This document shows positions 1 to 7,868 of a stretch of DNA of 32,000 nucleotides, one piece after another. Positions within the stretch are counted from its first letter, which is position 1; each line of letters starts with the position of its first letter. The notes below the pieces were generated by a model. The model searched no databases. It saw only the letters and a program-made list of their open reading frames with translations, and was not told the origin of the DNA. The stretch is from Candidatus Baldrarchaeum yapensis (GTDB taxonomy: Archaea; Asgardarchaeota; Baldrarchaeia; Baldrarchaeales; Baldrarchaeaceae), in contig JAEOSH010000012.1 in the NCBI GenBank assembly GCA_016840465.1, forward strand, positions 15,535-47,534. Direction: 5' to 3'. The position numbers and the translations under genes were made by a program.

Positions 1-308
1 GCATATGCAACTAATATGACATTTCTCCCTCCCGCGATCACAATGTAACCATTCGTCCCCCTTATCGTTATTTCACGCAATTCTCCTCGCTTGAGTTTTT
101 CGGAGACGGTGGACGAGTGTTCATATATTTTGATTATGGCTTCAGCTGTGGGCTCATATGGGATCCTTTCGATCCCCTCCGCCGCTATCAATTCTCCAGT
201 ATTCGAAACAACAATCATTCCCTCAATTGCTGGAATGATCTTCATGATTTCCCTAAGAATTGCCAATATCTGCTCTCTGGCCGCCACACGGTCTTCCTCC
301 TTTGACAT
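1..308 (-). CDS. Roadblock/LC7 domain protein (3'-truncated by the window edge; absent from the ORF track)
   Basis: Manual translation from ATG at 308 is open to position 1: MSKEEDRVAAREQILAILREIMKIIPAIEGMIVVSNTGELIAAEGIERIPYEPTAEAIIKIYEHSSTVSEKLKRGELREITIRGTNGYIVIAGGRNVILVAY. Shows the Roadblock pattern (IEG-hhhh-xxxG-x-hh ... hxhxGxxGYhh). Divergent from the 411 gene. Confidence 0.85.
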   Translation of the reverse strand, partial: MSKEEDRVAAREQILAILREIMKIIPAIEGMIVVSNTGELIAAEGIERIPYEPTAEAIIKIYEHSSTVSEKLKRGELREITIRGTNGYIVIAGGRNVILVAY

Positions 309-410
309 CTATGATCTACATTCTCCTGCCAAGTTTTAATTGTAACGAACACCATAAATTAATTGAGTAACACAGTTAATATTTGATAACCCCAAGGAGC
401 GTTTTCCCCA

Positions 411-695
411 ATGCTATCCGAGGATGTCATTAAGAGCATTCTTGAGAACCTCGGGAAGATGGAAGGCGTTAAGGGGGTCGTTATCACAACGACGGAGGGA
501 ATTCCGGTACACTCAACATTCCCACCAGATGTAACCGAGAAAATATCCGCATTTGCCGCGTCTCTCTTAGGAAAAGCTAAAGAGATGATCAAGGAAGTGG
601 GTGGCGCAAAGGTTACCTTTATAACACTAGACACGTCGGAAGGCGAACTCTTAATATCAAGTGAACAGGAATATGTGATAGCGATCTTGCGGTAG
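411..695 (+). CDS. Roadblock/LC7 protein, short form resembling dynein light chain roadblock
   Basis: 94 aa; GVKGVVITTTEGIPVHST motif; ends at the last beta strand; AAGGAG upstream. Confidence 0.9.
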   Translation: MLSEDVIKSILENLGKMEGVKGVVITTTEGIPVHSTFPPDVTEKISAFAASLLGKAKEMIKEVGGAKVTFITLDTSEGELLISSEQEYVIAILR

Positions 696-750
696 GAATA
701 AATTTAATACCGGGTTTGCCGTGAAAAATAATGATGTGGACGGTGGTCGA

Positions 751-1218
751 ATGGAGCCTAATGTCTTTGAGAAAATACTAACAAGGCTAATAAAGAGCGA
801 AAGCGGAATAAGACGGGCGATCTTAGTCGATAGAACCGGTCTGACTATCGCCCATGCCTCGAAGTTCTCATCCTATTATCCGATAGACGTGGAGGGAATA
901 GGCGCTATTGCAAGCGCGATTTTCGTTGGCAGTGAGGAGCAGGGCAAGAACCTTGACATAGGAGACCTACAAATGGTGATATCAGAGTTCGAGAACGGAA
1001 AAATATTCGCAATCAGCTGCGGACAGGGGGTACTTTGCCTAATCACCGATCCGGATGTCAATATAGGAATGATAAGGTTGCTCATGAAACGAACTGCTGC
1101 AGAATTAGGGAAATTGCTGGATGAGTTCCTATCGGCCACCGTCTCGATTCCTGTAGAGGAGAAGAAGGAGGAAGAGGAAGAACTAAAGGCAGCCCTCGAT
1201 GCGCTGGAACAATTATAA
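751..1218 (+). CDS. mglB: MglB-like Roadblock protein with linker and acidic C-terminal helix
   Basis: AILVDRTGLTIA and GMIRLLMKRTAAEL match MglB (LVDKNGQLI, GLVRLRIKKASDEL as recalled); lies directly upstream of an MglA-like gene. ATG at 751 preferred over the track's GTG at 721. Confidence 0.85.
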   Translation: MEPNVFEKILTRLIKSESGIRRAILVDRTGLTIAHASKFSSYYPIDVEGIGAIASAIFVGSEEQGKNLDIGDLQMVISEFENGKIFAISCGQGVLCLITDPDVNIGMIRLLMKRTAAELGKLLDEFLSATVSIPVEEKKEEEEELKAALDALEQL

Positions 1219-1233
1219 TGGTGGCCATAAGAC

Positions 1234-1824
1234 ATGCCAAGAGTTGACCCCCAGGGAAGATTACACTTTAAAATAGTGTTCTGGGGTCCCTCTTTATCGG
1301 GAAAGACGACATCACTTAGGTGGATATACAATAACGTAGAGGGAATAACTAAGGGGAGATTTGTGTCGATAGAAGATCCGACAGGCAGAACGCTATACTT
1401 CGACTACACGCCTGTCTCCATATCGTCAAAAGTCGTGTTCGATCTCTATACAGTCGCGGGGCAAAGAAGGCACAAAATACAGAGAAGGAAGGTGCTGGAA
1501 GGAGTAGATGGAATACTATTCGTAGCAGATTCGGATCCAGCTCAGCTTCAGGAAAATGAAATTAGCATGACCGAATTAAGACAACTGCTAGGAGACAAGC
1601 TTGGAAGGGAAATACCACTTGTCGTGTTACTAAATAAGCGAGATCTTCCAAATGCCGTGAGTAAGGAAACCCTCCTCAATGCCCTTAAGATAGTCCCGGT
1701 AAATATTCGCGTTTATGAGGGAATCGCGATAAGAGGGATAGGAGTGAAACAGGCTTTCAAAGCGATAGTTCGTGAGGTGCTCTGGAACTATTACCAGCGG
1801 GCTAAGCAACAGAAGGCACAATGA
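1234..1824 (+). CDS. mglA: MglA-family small GTPase
   Basis: G1 GPSLSGKT; G2 TGRTLYFD with the intrinsic Arg-Thr; G3 TVAGQ (MglA-type, not DxxGQ); GVDGILFVADS; G4 NKRD. Confidence 0.93.
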   Translation: MPRVDPQGRLHFKIVFWGPSLSGKTTSLRWIYNNVEGITKGRFVSIEDPTGRTLYFDYTPVSISSKVVFDLYTVAGQRRHKIQRRKVLEGVDGILFVADSDPAQLQENEISMTELRQLLGDKLGREIPLVVLLNKRDLPNAVSKETLLNALKIVPVNIRVYEGIAIRGIGVKQAFKAIVREVLWNYYQRAKQQKAQ

Positions 1825-1851
1825 AAAAGTTTATCCAAAACAGGAGTTTTC

Positions 1852-2259
1852 ATGTTTATGAAGGTGATTGAAGTGAGTGAGGTTGTAGGGGTTGAGCCTC
1901 AAACACTATCCAAATTACTAAAGGAGTTTACAATGACAGTCCCAGAAATCGAGGGCGCGGCCCTTGTCACTGATGAGGGACTACCAATAGTGTCCGTTCT
2001 TCCAGAGGGTGTTGATGAAACAAAGATTGCCGCTATGACGGCAGCAATTCTATCTCTTGGAGAACAAACATCTAAAGAATTAGGGAAGGGGTCTCTAGAG
2101 CAGGTTTACATTAAAGGGAAGAACGGTTACATAATAGCGATGGATGCGGGATCGAATGCCGTGTTAGCCGTCATCGCAAGCAGTGAAGCAAAACTAGGGC
2201 TAGTTTTGTTTCGCATGGAGCAGCTTGCTGAGAAGATATCAAAGATAATATCTTTGTAA
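1852..2259 (+). CDS. Roadblock/LC7 domain protein
   Basis: PEIEGAALVTDEGLPIVS; AAMTAAILSLGE; LEQVYIKGKNGYII; KLGLV. Classical prokaryotic Roadblock pattern. Confidence 0.93.
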   Translation: MFMKVIEVSEVVGVEPQTLSKLLKEFTMTVPEIEGAALVTDEGLPIVSVLPEGVDETKIAAMTAAILSLGEQTSKELGKGSLEQVYIKGKNGYIIAMDAGSNAVLAVIASSEAKLGLVLFRMEQLAEKISKIISL

Positions 2260-2276
2260 AGCTTGGGTAGTCAAAA

Positions 2277-3041
2277 ATGAATATTTTAGGGCCAATTTAT
2301 CGGTTGTATGAATGGCTATTGTGGAGAAAGGTGAGTAAAGGGAAAATTCCACAACACGTTGGTGTAATACTGGATGGCAATAGAAGGTTTGCACGAGAGC
2401 ACGGCCTTGACATCGAAAGTGGTTACCGGAGGGGTGCTGAAAGAGTCAGGCACTTCCTCAAGTGGTGTTTAGACATAGGAATAAAGGTGATAACGCTCTA
2501 TGCCTTCAGTACTGAAAACTTTCAGCGCGATGAGCGGGAAGTTAGTATACTTATGAAATTATTAAAAGAGTACGCAGAAAAGGCGCTAAATGAACCTTAC
2601 ATTTACAAATACAAAGTCCGTATTCGCGTACTTGGAAGAAAATATTTGTTCCCAGAGGAATTAAAGGAACTAATAAATGAACTTGAAGAGAGGACAAAAA
2701 ACCATGACAAGTATTTTCTAAACATAGCCCTCGGCTATGGCGGACGAGCAGAAATTGTAGATGCGGTTAAGAAAATAGTAAGGGAAGCGATTAATGGGAA
2801 AATAGATCCCGAAGAAATAGATGAGGACATGATAAGAAGGTATCTTTATACCGATGGGCTCCCAGACCCGGATATTATCATCAGAACCTCCGGTGAGGAG
2901 AGACTGTCAGGTTTTCTCCTATGGCAGTCAGCATACTCCGAGTTGTATTTTTTAGATGTTTACTGGCCAGCAATAAGAAAAATAGACTTCCTTAGAGCTA
3001 TTAGAACATATCAGCAACGGGAACGCAGATTTGGAAGGTGA
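2277..3041 (+). CDS. uppS: cis-prenyltransferase (polyprenyl/undecaprenyl diphosphate synthase)
   Basis: HVGVILDGNRRFA, YAFSTENFQR, YGGRAEI, PDIIIRTSGEERLSGFLLWQ. Confidence 0.97.
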   Translation: MNILGPIYRLYEWLLWRKVSKGKIPQHVGVILDGNRRFAREHGLDIESGYRRGAERVRHFLKWCLDIGIKVITLYAFSTENFQRDEREVSILMKLLKEYAEKALNEPYIYKYKVRIRVLGRKYLFPEELKELINELEERTKNHDKYFLNIALGYGGRAEIVDAVKKIVREAINGKIDPEEIDEDMIRRYLYTDGLPDPDIIIRTSGEERLSGFLLWQSAYSELYFLDVYWPAIRKIDFLRAIRTYQQRERRFGR

Positions 3042-3045
3042 TTTC

Positions 3046-3552
3046 ATGAAAGAAAAAGAAAAATCGCTTCTTAAGAAACTTCTCTTCAAGAAGAGAAAAA
3101 AGAAGAAAATGGCAGTACTTATAGATTTAACCAATGTCGGAGAGGAGAATAGGATAACCCTTCTAAATGAAATAAAAGCTCTTCTACTTTCAATTCCGAA
3201 AATGAGAACGATAAGCATGATAAAAATATTTCTGGGGGATAGCGCACCCGAAGGGATAATAGAGATGTTCATGGAACTGGGGGTTCCTCCGGTTATAGTA
3301 CCAGAACATCCGGACATTTATCTCGCATACGAACTTGTAGATATATCCCACTCAGAGAAGTTCGATGGAGTGATTTTATACTCGTGTAACAAGAATATCC
3401 TCCCAGCACTCAGTAAGATAAAGGAGTCCGATAAAGAACTACTAGTGATCCTCTCAAAGCACGACGAAATTGCAGAAATTCTGAGATCAATTGCCGATCA
3501 AGTACTACAACCGGAACCTCCTCCAACGGAAGAGCAAAAAACAAGTAATTAA
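3046..3552 (+). CDS. NYN/PIN-like domain protein (TIGR00288-like), probably catalytically degenerate
   Basis: Basic N-terminus, then AVLIDLTN, APEGIIE, PALSKIKESDKE and ADQVL, resembling archaeal NYN proteins; the usual SGDGDF motif reads SCNKNI. GGTGA RBS overlaps the uppS stop. Confidence 0.7.
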   Translation: MKEKEKSLLKKLLFKKRKKKKMAVLIDLTNVGEENRITLLNEIKALLLSIPKMRTISMIKIFLGDSAPEGIIEMFMELGVPPVIVPEHPDIYLAYELVDISHSEKFDGVILYSCNKNILPALSKIKESDKELLVILSKHDEIAEILRSIADQVLQPEPPPTEEQKTSN

Positions 3553-3582
3553 TGGTAAGTAAGAATAATTCGAAAATAACTC

Positions 3583-3840
3583 TTAGGAATTGCTTCTTTT
3601 ACTATCATTGACATTCACGATAATTATATCTCCGCACCTCGTCCATTCGTAGGGAATGGTTATACGGTTCTGCTCCTTAGAATTCTCGTTTGCGCAATCT
3701 ACATCTATTTGTCGTTTTATACTCACAATGAGCTTGCTTATTCTTTTCCTGTTGAGATCTATTATGATGTCCTCAACAACGCCTACAAATACTCCTCCTG
3801 CCGTGTAAACCTTTTTTCCGACAAGTTTTGATGCATACAT
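3583..3840 (-). CDS. PRC-barrel domain protein (CdpB-like)
   Basis: SKLVGKKVYTAGGVFVGVVEDIIID and IPYEWTRCGDIIIV; single 85-aa domain. Confidence 0.88.
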   Translation of the reverse strand: MYASKLVGKKVYTAGGVFVGVVEDIIIDLNRKRISKLIVSIKRQIDVDCANENSKEQNRITIPYEWTRCGDIIIVNVNDSKRSNS

Positions 3841-3845
3841 TTACG

Positions 3846-4568
3846 TTATTCCTCCGGCTTTGAGAGTATTATGCGTGCATCGACGGTTTTTGCGCCCTTT
3901 GAATACGCAAAGATTGGATTGAGATCCAACTGATCGATCTCCTCTATTTCCATTACCAACTTCGAAACATTAAGTATGATATTTACCAGCGTATCAATAT
4001 CGGCGGGTGGCCTCCCTCGGATACCGGTAAGCACTGGATATCCCTTTATCTCCTGTATCATCTCCCTCGCATCGTATGCCGTCAGTGGCGCTATTCTGAA
4101 GCTAACATCCTTCAAAACCTCAACAAATATCCCACCAAGGCCAAACATTATCGCGGGTCCGAACTGTGGATCCTTTGTCATACCAACTATAACCTCGGCC
4201 ACAGGCTCAGGAGCCATTTCCTGTACGGTCACTCCTCTTATATCTGCGTCACTCTTGAACTTTCTCACGTTTTCAATAATTTCCTTGAACGCTTGGCGAA
4301 CTTCTTGATCATTCTTCAGATTAAGCTTGACACCGCCTACATCACTTTTATGGATAATGTCGGGGGACAGTATCTTCATGACAACTGGGTACCCTATCCT
4401 GTTTGCGGCCTCCACAGCCTCATCTTCGTTCGTTGCAATCTCGAATTTTGTTACCGGAATTCCGTAATCTGCAATTACCATCTTTGCCTCGGACTCGAGT
4501 AGGAAATTTCGTCCTTCAGATAGCACCTCTTCTATTATTTTTCGCGCCTTACTCATTGCTCTTAACAC
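3846..4568 (-). CDS. acdB: ADP-forming acyl/acetyl-CoA synthetase beta subunit (ATP-grasp)
   Basis: GYPVVMKILSPDIIHKSDVGGV, DPQFGPAIMFGLGGIFVE, LDLNP. Confidence 0.95.
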   Translation of the reverse strand: MLRAMSKARKIIEEVLSEGRNFLLESEAKMVIADYGIPVTKFEIATNEDEAVEAANRIGYPVVMKILSPDIIHKSDVGGVKLNLKNDQEVRQAFKEIIENVRKFKSDADIRGVTVQEMAPEPVAEVIVGMTKDPQFGPAIMFGLGGIFVEVLKDVSFRIAPLTAYDAREMIQEIKGYPVLTGIRGRPPADIDTLVNIILNVSKLVMEIEEIDQLDLNPIFAYSKGAKTVDARIILSKPEE

Positions 4569-5997
4569 CTCTCTTTTTTAAAGCATAACCGCTTTCTCCA
4601 AATAATATTTTTCTAATTTCCTCCCTCCTCCTATGATACTCATGCAACGCCCATAGGGCTTTAGCGGCTCTTTCGGGAGTAGGATAAGCGGGTATGTTAT
4701 TTTCCTCCAGCAACTCGGCTGCACGCATTGCGAACATTCCACCCATGACCACCGTCACGATGGGCTTACCCACAGAATCGGCAATATCGGCAATGTGGTC
4801 AACAACTGTCAGATCCAAAAGTGGGGCAGTAAATAACATTATCACCATCGCTGTATCGACATGTTCGGTTGGCAGAACATCTTCTAGGGCAATTCTGTAT
4901 CTAAGCGCATCTGTATCTCCGGTCACATCAACCGGGTTCTTCACAATGCAATGTGGCGGATACTTTGTGTAGAGTCTCCTCTGAATTTCAGGAGGCAACT
5001 CGGGAACGCAAAGTCCGAGTTCTTCGCATGCGTCTACTGCCATTACCCCGGCTCCACCACCGTTTGTGACTATAAGAACTCTTGGACCTCGTGCAACGGG
5101 TTGCATGAATAGCGCTTTTGCAAGATCAAACGCCTCCTCGAAGTTCTTAGCCCTGATGACCCCTGCTTGTTTAAATGCGGCGTCATAAACTTGATCAACT
5201 CCTGCAAGCGCGCCTGTATGCGATGATACGGCTCTTGCCCCTCCCCTCGACCTTCCTGATTTTATTGCAATTATTGGTTTCCTGAGAACGACCTTTCTCG
5301 CGGCATCTATGAACTTTCGTCCCTCGTTTTCCTTAAAACCTTCGATGTACAAAACTATGACCTTCGTATCTTCGTCCTCTGCAAGAAACTCGAGCAACTC
5401 CGCCTCATCCACATCACATTTATTTCCTAGGGAAATCATCTTACTAATGCCCAAGCGGACACTCGCGCACCAGTCCATCATTGCGGAGGCAAATGCTCCA
5501 CTCTGCGATATGAATGCTATTGGCCCAGCCTCGGGCCGATTGAGTTTATAACGGGGTAAAAACACGGTGTCAACGCCAGTCTTTGAGTCGAAAACTCCCA
5601 CGCAGTTTGGACCGATGATCCGAATGTTAGATTCTTTGGCGATCTTTACAACCTCCTCCTCTCTGCGCCTTCCTTCTTCTCCAATCTCGCTAAAACCGCC
5701 CGAAATTATCACTACACTTTTTACCTTCTTCTCAGCGCACTCCTTGAGCACTCGCGGAACTATATGCGCAGGTGTGGCGATCACCGCCATGTCGATTTCA
5801 TCGGGGATGTCGATTATACTTGGGTAACATTTTCGACCTAGAATCTCCCCGTAGTGGGGATTCACCGGGTAGACGCGTCCCTTGAACTTCTTGCTTAGGA
5901 AATTCCTCAATAAGACGTTTCCTACACTGCCATCTCTACCCGATGCTCCTATTATCGCAACACTATTGGGCTCGAAAAAGTACTTTAGGTTTGACAT
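4549..5997 (-). CDS. acdA: ADP-forming acyl/acetyl-CoA synthetase alpha subunit
   Basis: CoA-binding SVAIIGAS, RIIGPNCVG, ISQSGA, phospho-His motif SHTGALAG, TNGGGAGV, NPVDVTG. Confidence 0.95.
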   Translation of the reverse strand: MSNLKYFFEPNSVAIIGASGRDGSVGNVLLRNFLSKKFKGRVYPVNPHYGEILGRKCYPSIIDIPDEIDMAVIATPAHIVPRVLKECAEKKVKSVVIISGGFSEIGEEGRRREEEVVKIAKESNIRIIGPNCVGVFDSKTGVDTVFLPRYKLNRPEAGPIAFISQSGAFASAMMDWCASVRLGISKMISLGNKCDVDEAELLEFLAEDEDTKVIVLYIEGFKENEGRKFIDAARKVVLRKPIIAIKSGRSRGGARAVSSHTGALAGVDQVYDAAFKQAGVIRAKNFEEAFDLAKALFMQPVARGPRVLIVTNGGGAGVMAVDACEELGLCVPELPPEIQRRLYTKYPPHCIVKNPVDVTGDTDALRYRIALEDVLPTEHVDTAMVIMLFTAPLLDLTVVDHIADIADSVGKPIVTVVMGGMFAMRAAELLEENNIPAYPTPERAAKALWALHEYHRRREEIRKILFGESGYALKKRGVKSNE

Positions 5998-6080
5998 CTA
6001 ATGCCCTCTTTCATGCTTTTGCATCGTCTCTGACTTACTTCCTAAAGTTCTTTAAACCCTTATATGTTTGTCAATTCCAT

Positions 6081-6848
6081 TCACTCGTAAACGACGAAAT
6101 CCTCGCCGCCTGCACATATTCTCTGAAGTACGGCATAGAGGTCATCAAGCCCCTCCCACTTAACAGATGATGTGAGAATAAGCCCGGAGGGCAATCCCAT
6201 CTCGCTGAGAAGTTCACATATTCGGAGGCTCATTTCCCTCCGTAAGCCCCGCCCCTCCAGATCTATTGCATTCAGCAAACTCATATGATCCTCTGACCAC
6301 TCGAGAATCCTGTTAAGATCCTCCTCGGATAACATATCCTTTTTCGTCAGAACATAGATTTGAGGTTTATTGAACCTATATTGGACAGATAACCCCAAAA
6401 GGAATATGGACACGTAGCTTAGCGGATTGCTTGCCAAGACTCCATCCACAAGATACACGATTGCACATCGATCCCCACCGAGAACAGAGACAAGATATGG
6501 GCCCACACTTCTGTATGCAAACAACTCCATTTGTCCTGGCGTGTCGACTAGAACATAATCGGGCCTCAACTCCTCAATCTCATTTTTTAATCTGTCGATT
6601 TCTCCGATTAGCATGTCTATTGAAAGTATCAGCGCCCCGTTTGGTCCCAATTCGTAGTTCAACATGACATCTTCAACCCTCACGTAATCGCGAACGTCGA
6701 CATCCGGTGCGTATGGAAGCTTTCTCACGCCGGGATCGAGATTAACGGTAGCAACATTCACATCGTGCTGTTTTAACCACTCTGCAAATACTCCTGTCAG
6801 CGTGGATTTCCCGCTACCGGCTGTCCCGATAAAGAATACGAAGAACAT
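6081..6848 (-). CDS. GPN-loop GTPase
   Basis: GTAGSGKST, NLDP, LGPNGAL (GPN loop), DTPGQME, TKKD. Confidence 0.95.
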   Translation of the reverse strand: MFFVFFIGTAGSGKSTLTGVFAEWLKQHDVNVATVNLDPGVRKLPYAPDVDVRDYVRVEDVMLNYELGPNGALILSIDMLIGEIDRLKNEIEELRPDYVLVDTPGQMELFAYRSVGPYLVSVLGGDRCAIVYLVDGVLASNPLSYVSIFLLGLSVQYRFNKPQIYVLTKKDMLSEEDLNRILEWSEDHMSLLNAIDLEGRGLRREMSLRICELLSEMGLPSGLILTSSVKWEGLDDLYAVLQRICAGGEDFVVYE

Positions 6849-7010
6849 CTTATCACCGTTGGACGGAAGAACCCGTCAAGTGATGCACTTGCTCGCAATA
6901 ATATATCGCCGGGCATCAATTTTTAAAACTTTTATACAGGTAAATACCTTCGACAATTGCCGATATTTATTTCGATAAAATGCGAAACGCTTATTTTGTA
7001 AGATGACATA

Positions 7011-7772
7011 ATGGCACGTATGTCCTTCAGCGATGAATGGATCGAGAGAATAGCGCAGGAGATAGCAGGGGATATAATACTATCGGATGAGCCAGGGAAA
7101 GTGATGAGAAAGTGGAGAGAACGCTTTCAGGTATCGCAAAAGGACCTAGCCGAATACCTCGGAGTATCTCCATCGGTAATAAGCGATTATGAGAGCGGAC
7201 GCAGGACCTCCCCCAGAATCCGGACTATAAAGAGAATGGTGGAAGCCCTTATAATGATAGACCTCAATCGAGGAGGTAATTTCATCAATGCCCTTAGAAA
7301 ATTAATATCTCCGAATATACCTTCTGACATTCTACTAGACATCCGAGAGTTCCAATATCCGGTCCGTGCTGTGGACTTCTGCCGTCAACTCAACTGTGAA
7401 GTGATTGCAAATGAGGACATACTGAAAGAAACCATGATCTGCGGGTATACCGTCGTTGATAGTATAAAGGCGATTCTAAAGCTTACTCCCGAACAACTGC
7501 TGAGATTGTATGGTGTCTCCCCACAAAGAGCAGCTATCTTCACGAAAGTATCAACGGGTCGGTCTCCGATGGTAGCAATAAGGATAGTCCAAATAGGCGG
7601 CGGAAAGGCCTTAAAGCCGGCAGTTGTAATACTCCATGGTCCGAAAAAGGTGGACGAATTAGCGATCAAAATCGCAGAATTGGAAAAAATACCACTACTC
7701 GTGTCAAAGATCGAGACTATCGATGAACTCCTGCGGAGAATACGAAGCTTCACACCTTATATGCAAAGGTGA
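7011..7772 (+). CDS. XRE-type HTH transcriptional regulator with C-terminal alpha/beta domain (COG1709-like)
   Basis: HTH MRKWRERFQVSQKDLAEYLGVSPSVISDYESGRR; conserved archaeal C-terminal STGRSPMVAIR. Confidence 0.85.
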   Translation: MARMSFSDEWIERIAQEIAGDIILSDEPGKVMRKWRERFQVSQKDLAEYLGVSPSVISDYESGRRTSPRIRTIKRMVEALIMIDLNRGGNFINALRKLISPNIPSDILLDIREFQYPVRAVDFCRQLNCEVIANEDILKETMICGYTVVDSIKAILKLTPEQLLRLYGVSPQRAAIFTKVSTGRSPMVAIRIVQIGGGKALKPAVVILHGPKKVDELAIKIAELEKIPLLVSKIETIDELLRRIRSFTPYMQR

Positions 7773-7868
7773 TTTCTGAGGCGCACCAACCGCACAATCA
7801 AAAATTTAAGACAGAACGTGTGATCATGATAAAATTATGGAATGCTTTCACGGGAGTGTGACAAAGGA

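Noticed and set aside
91-339. 82-aa plus-strand ORF (and 117..305) in the track
   Set aside because: Antisense shadow of the minus-strand Roadblock gene at 1-308; Ser/Ile-rich with no recognisable motif.
876-1331. 151-aa minus-strand ORF with a poly-Ser run
   Set aside because: Antisense to mglB/mglA; the Ser run mirrors the GAG/GAA Glu codons of the real gene.
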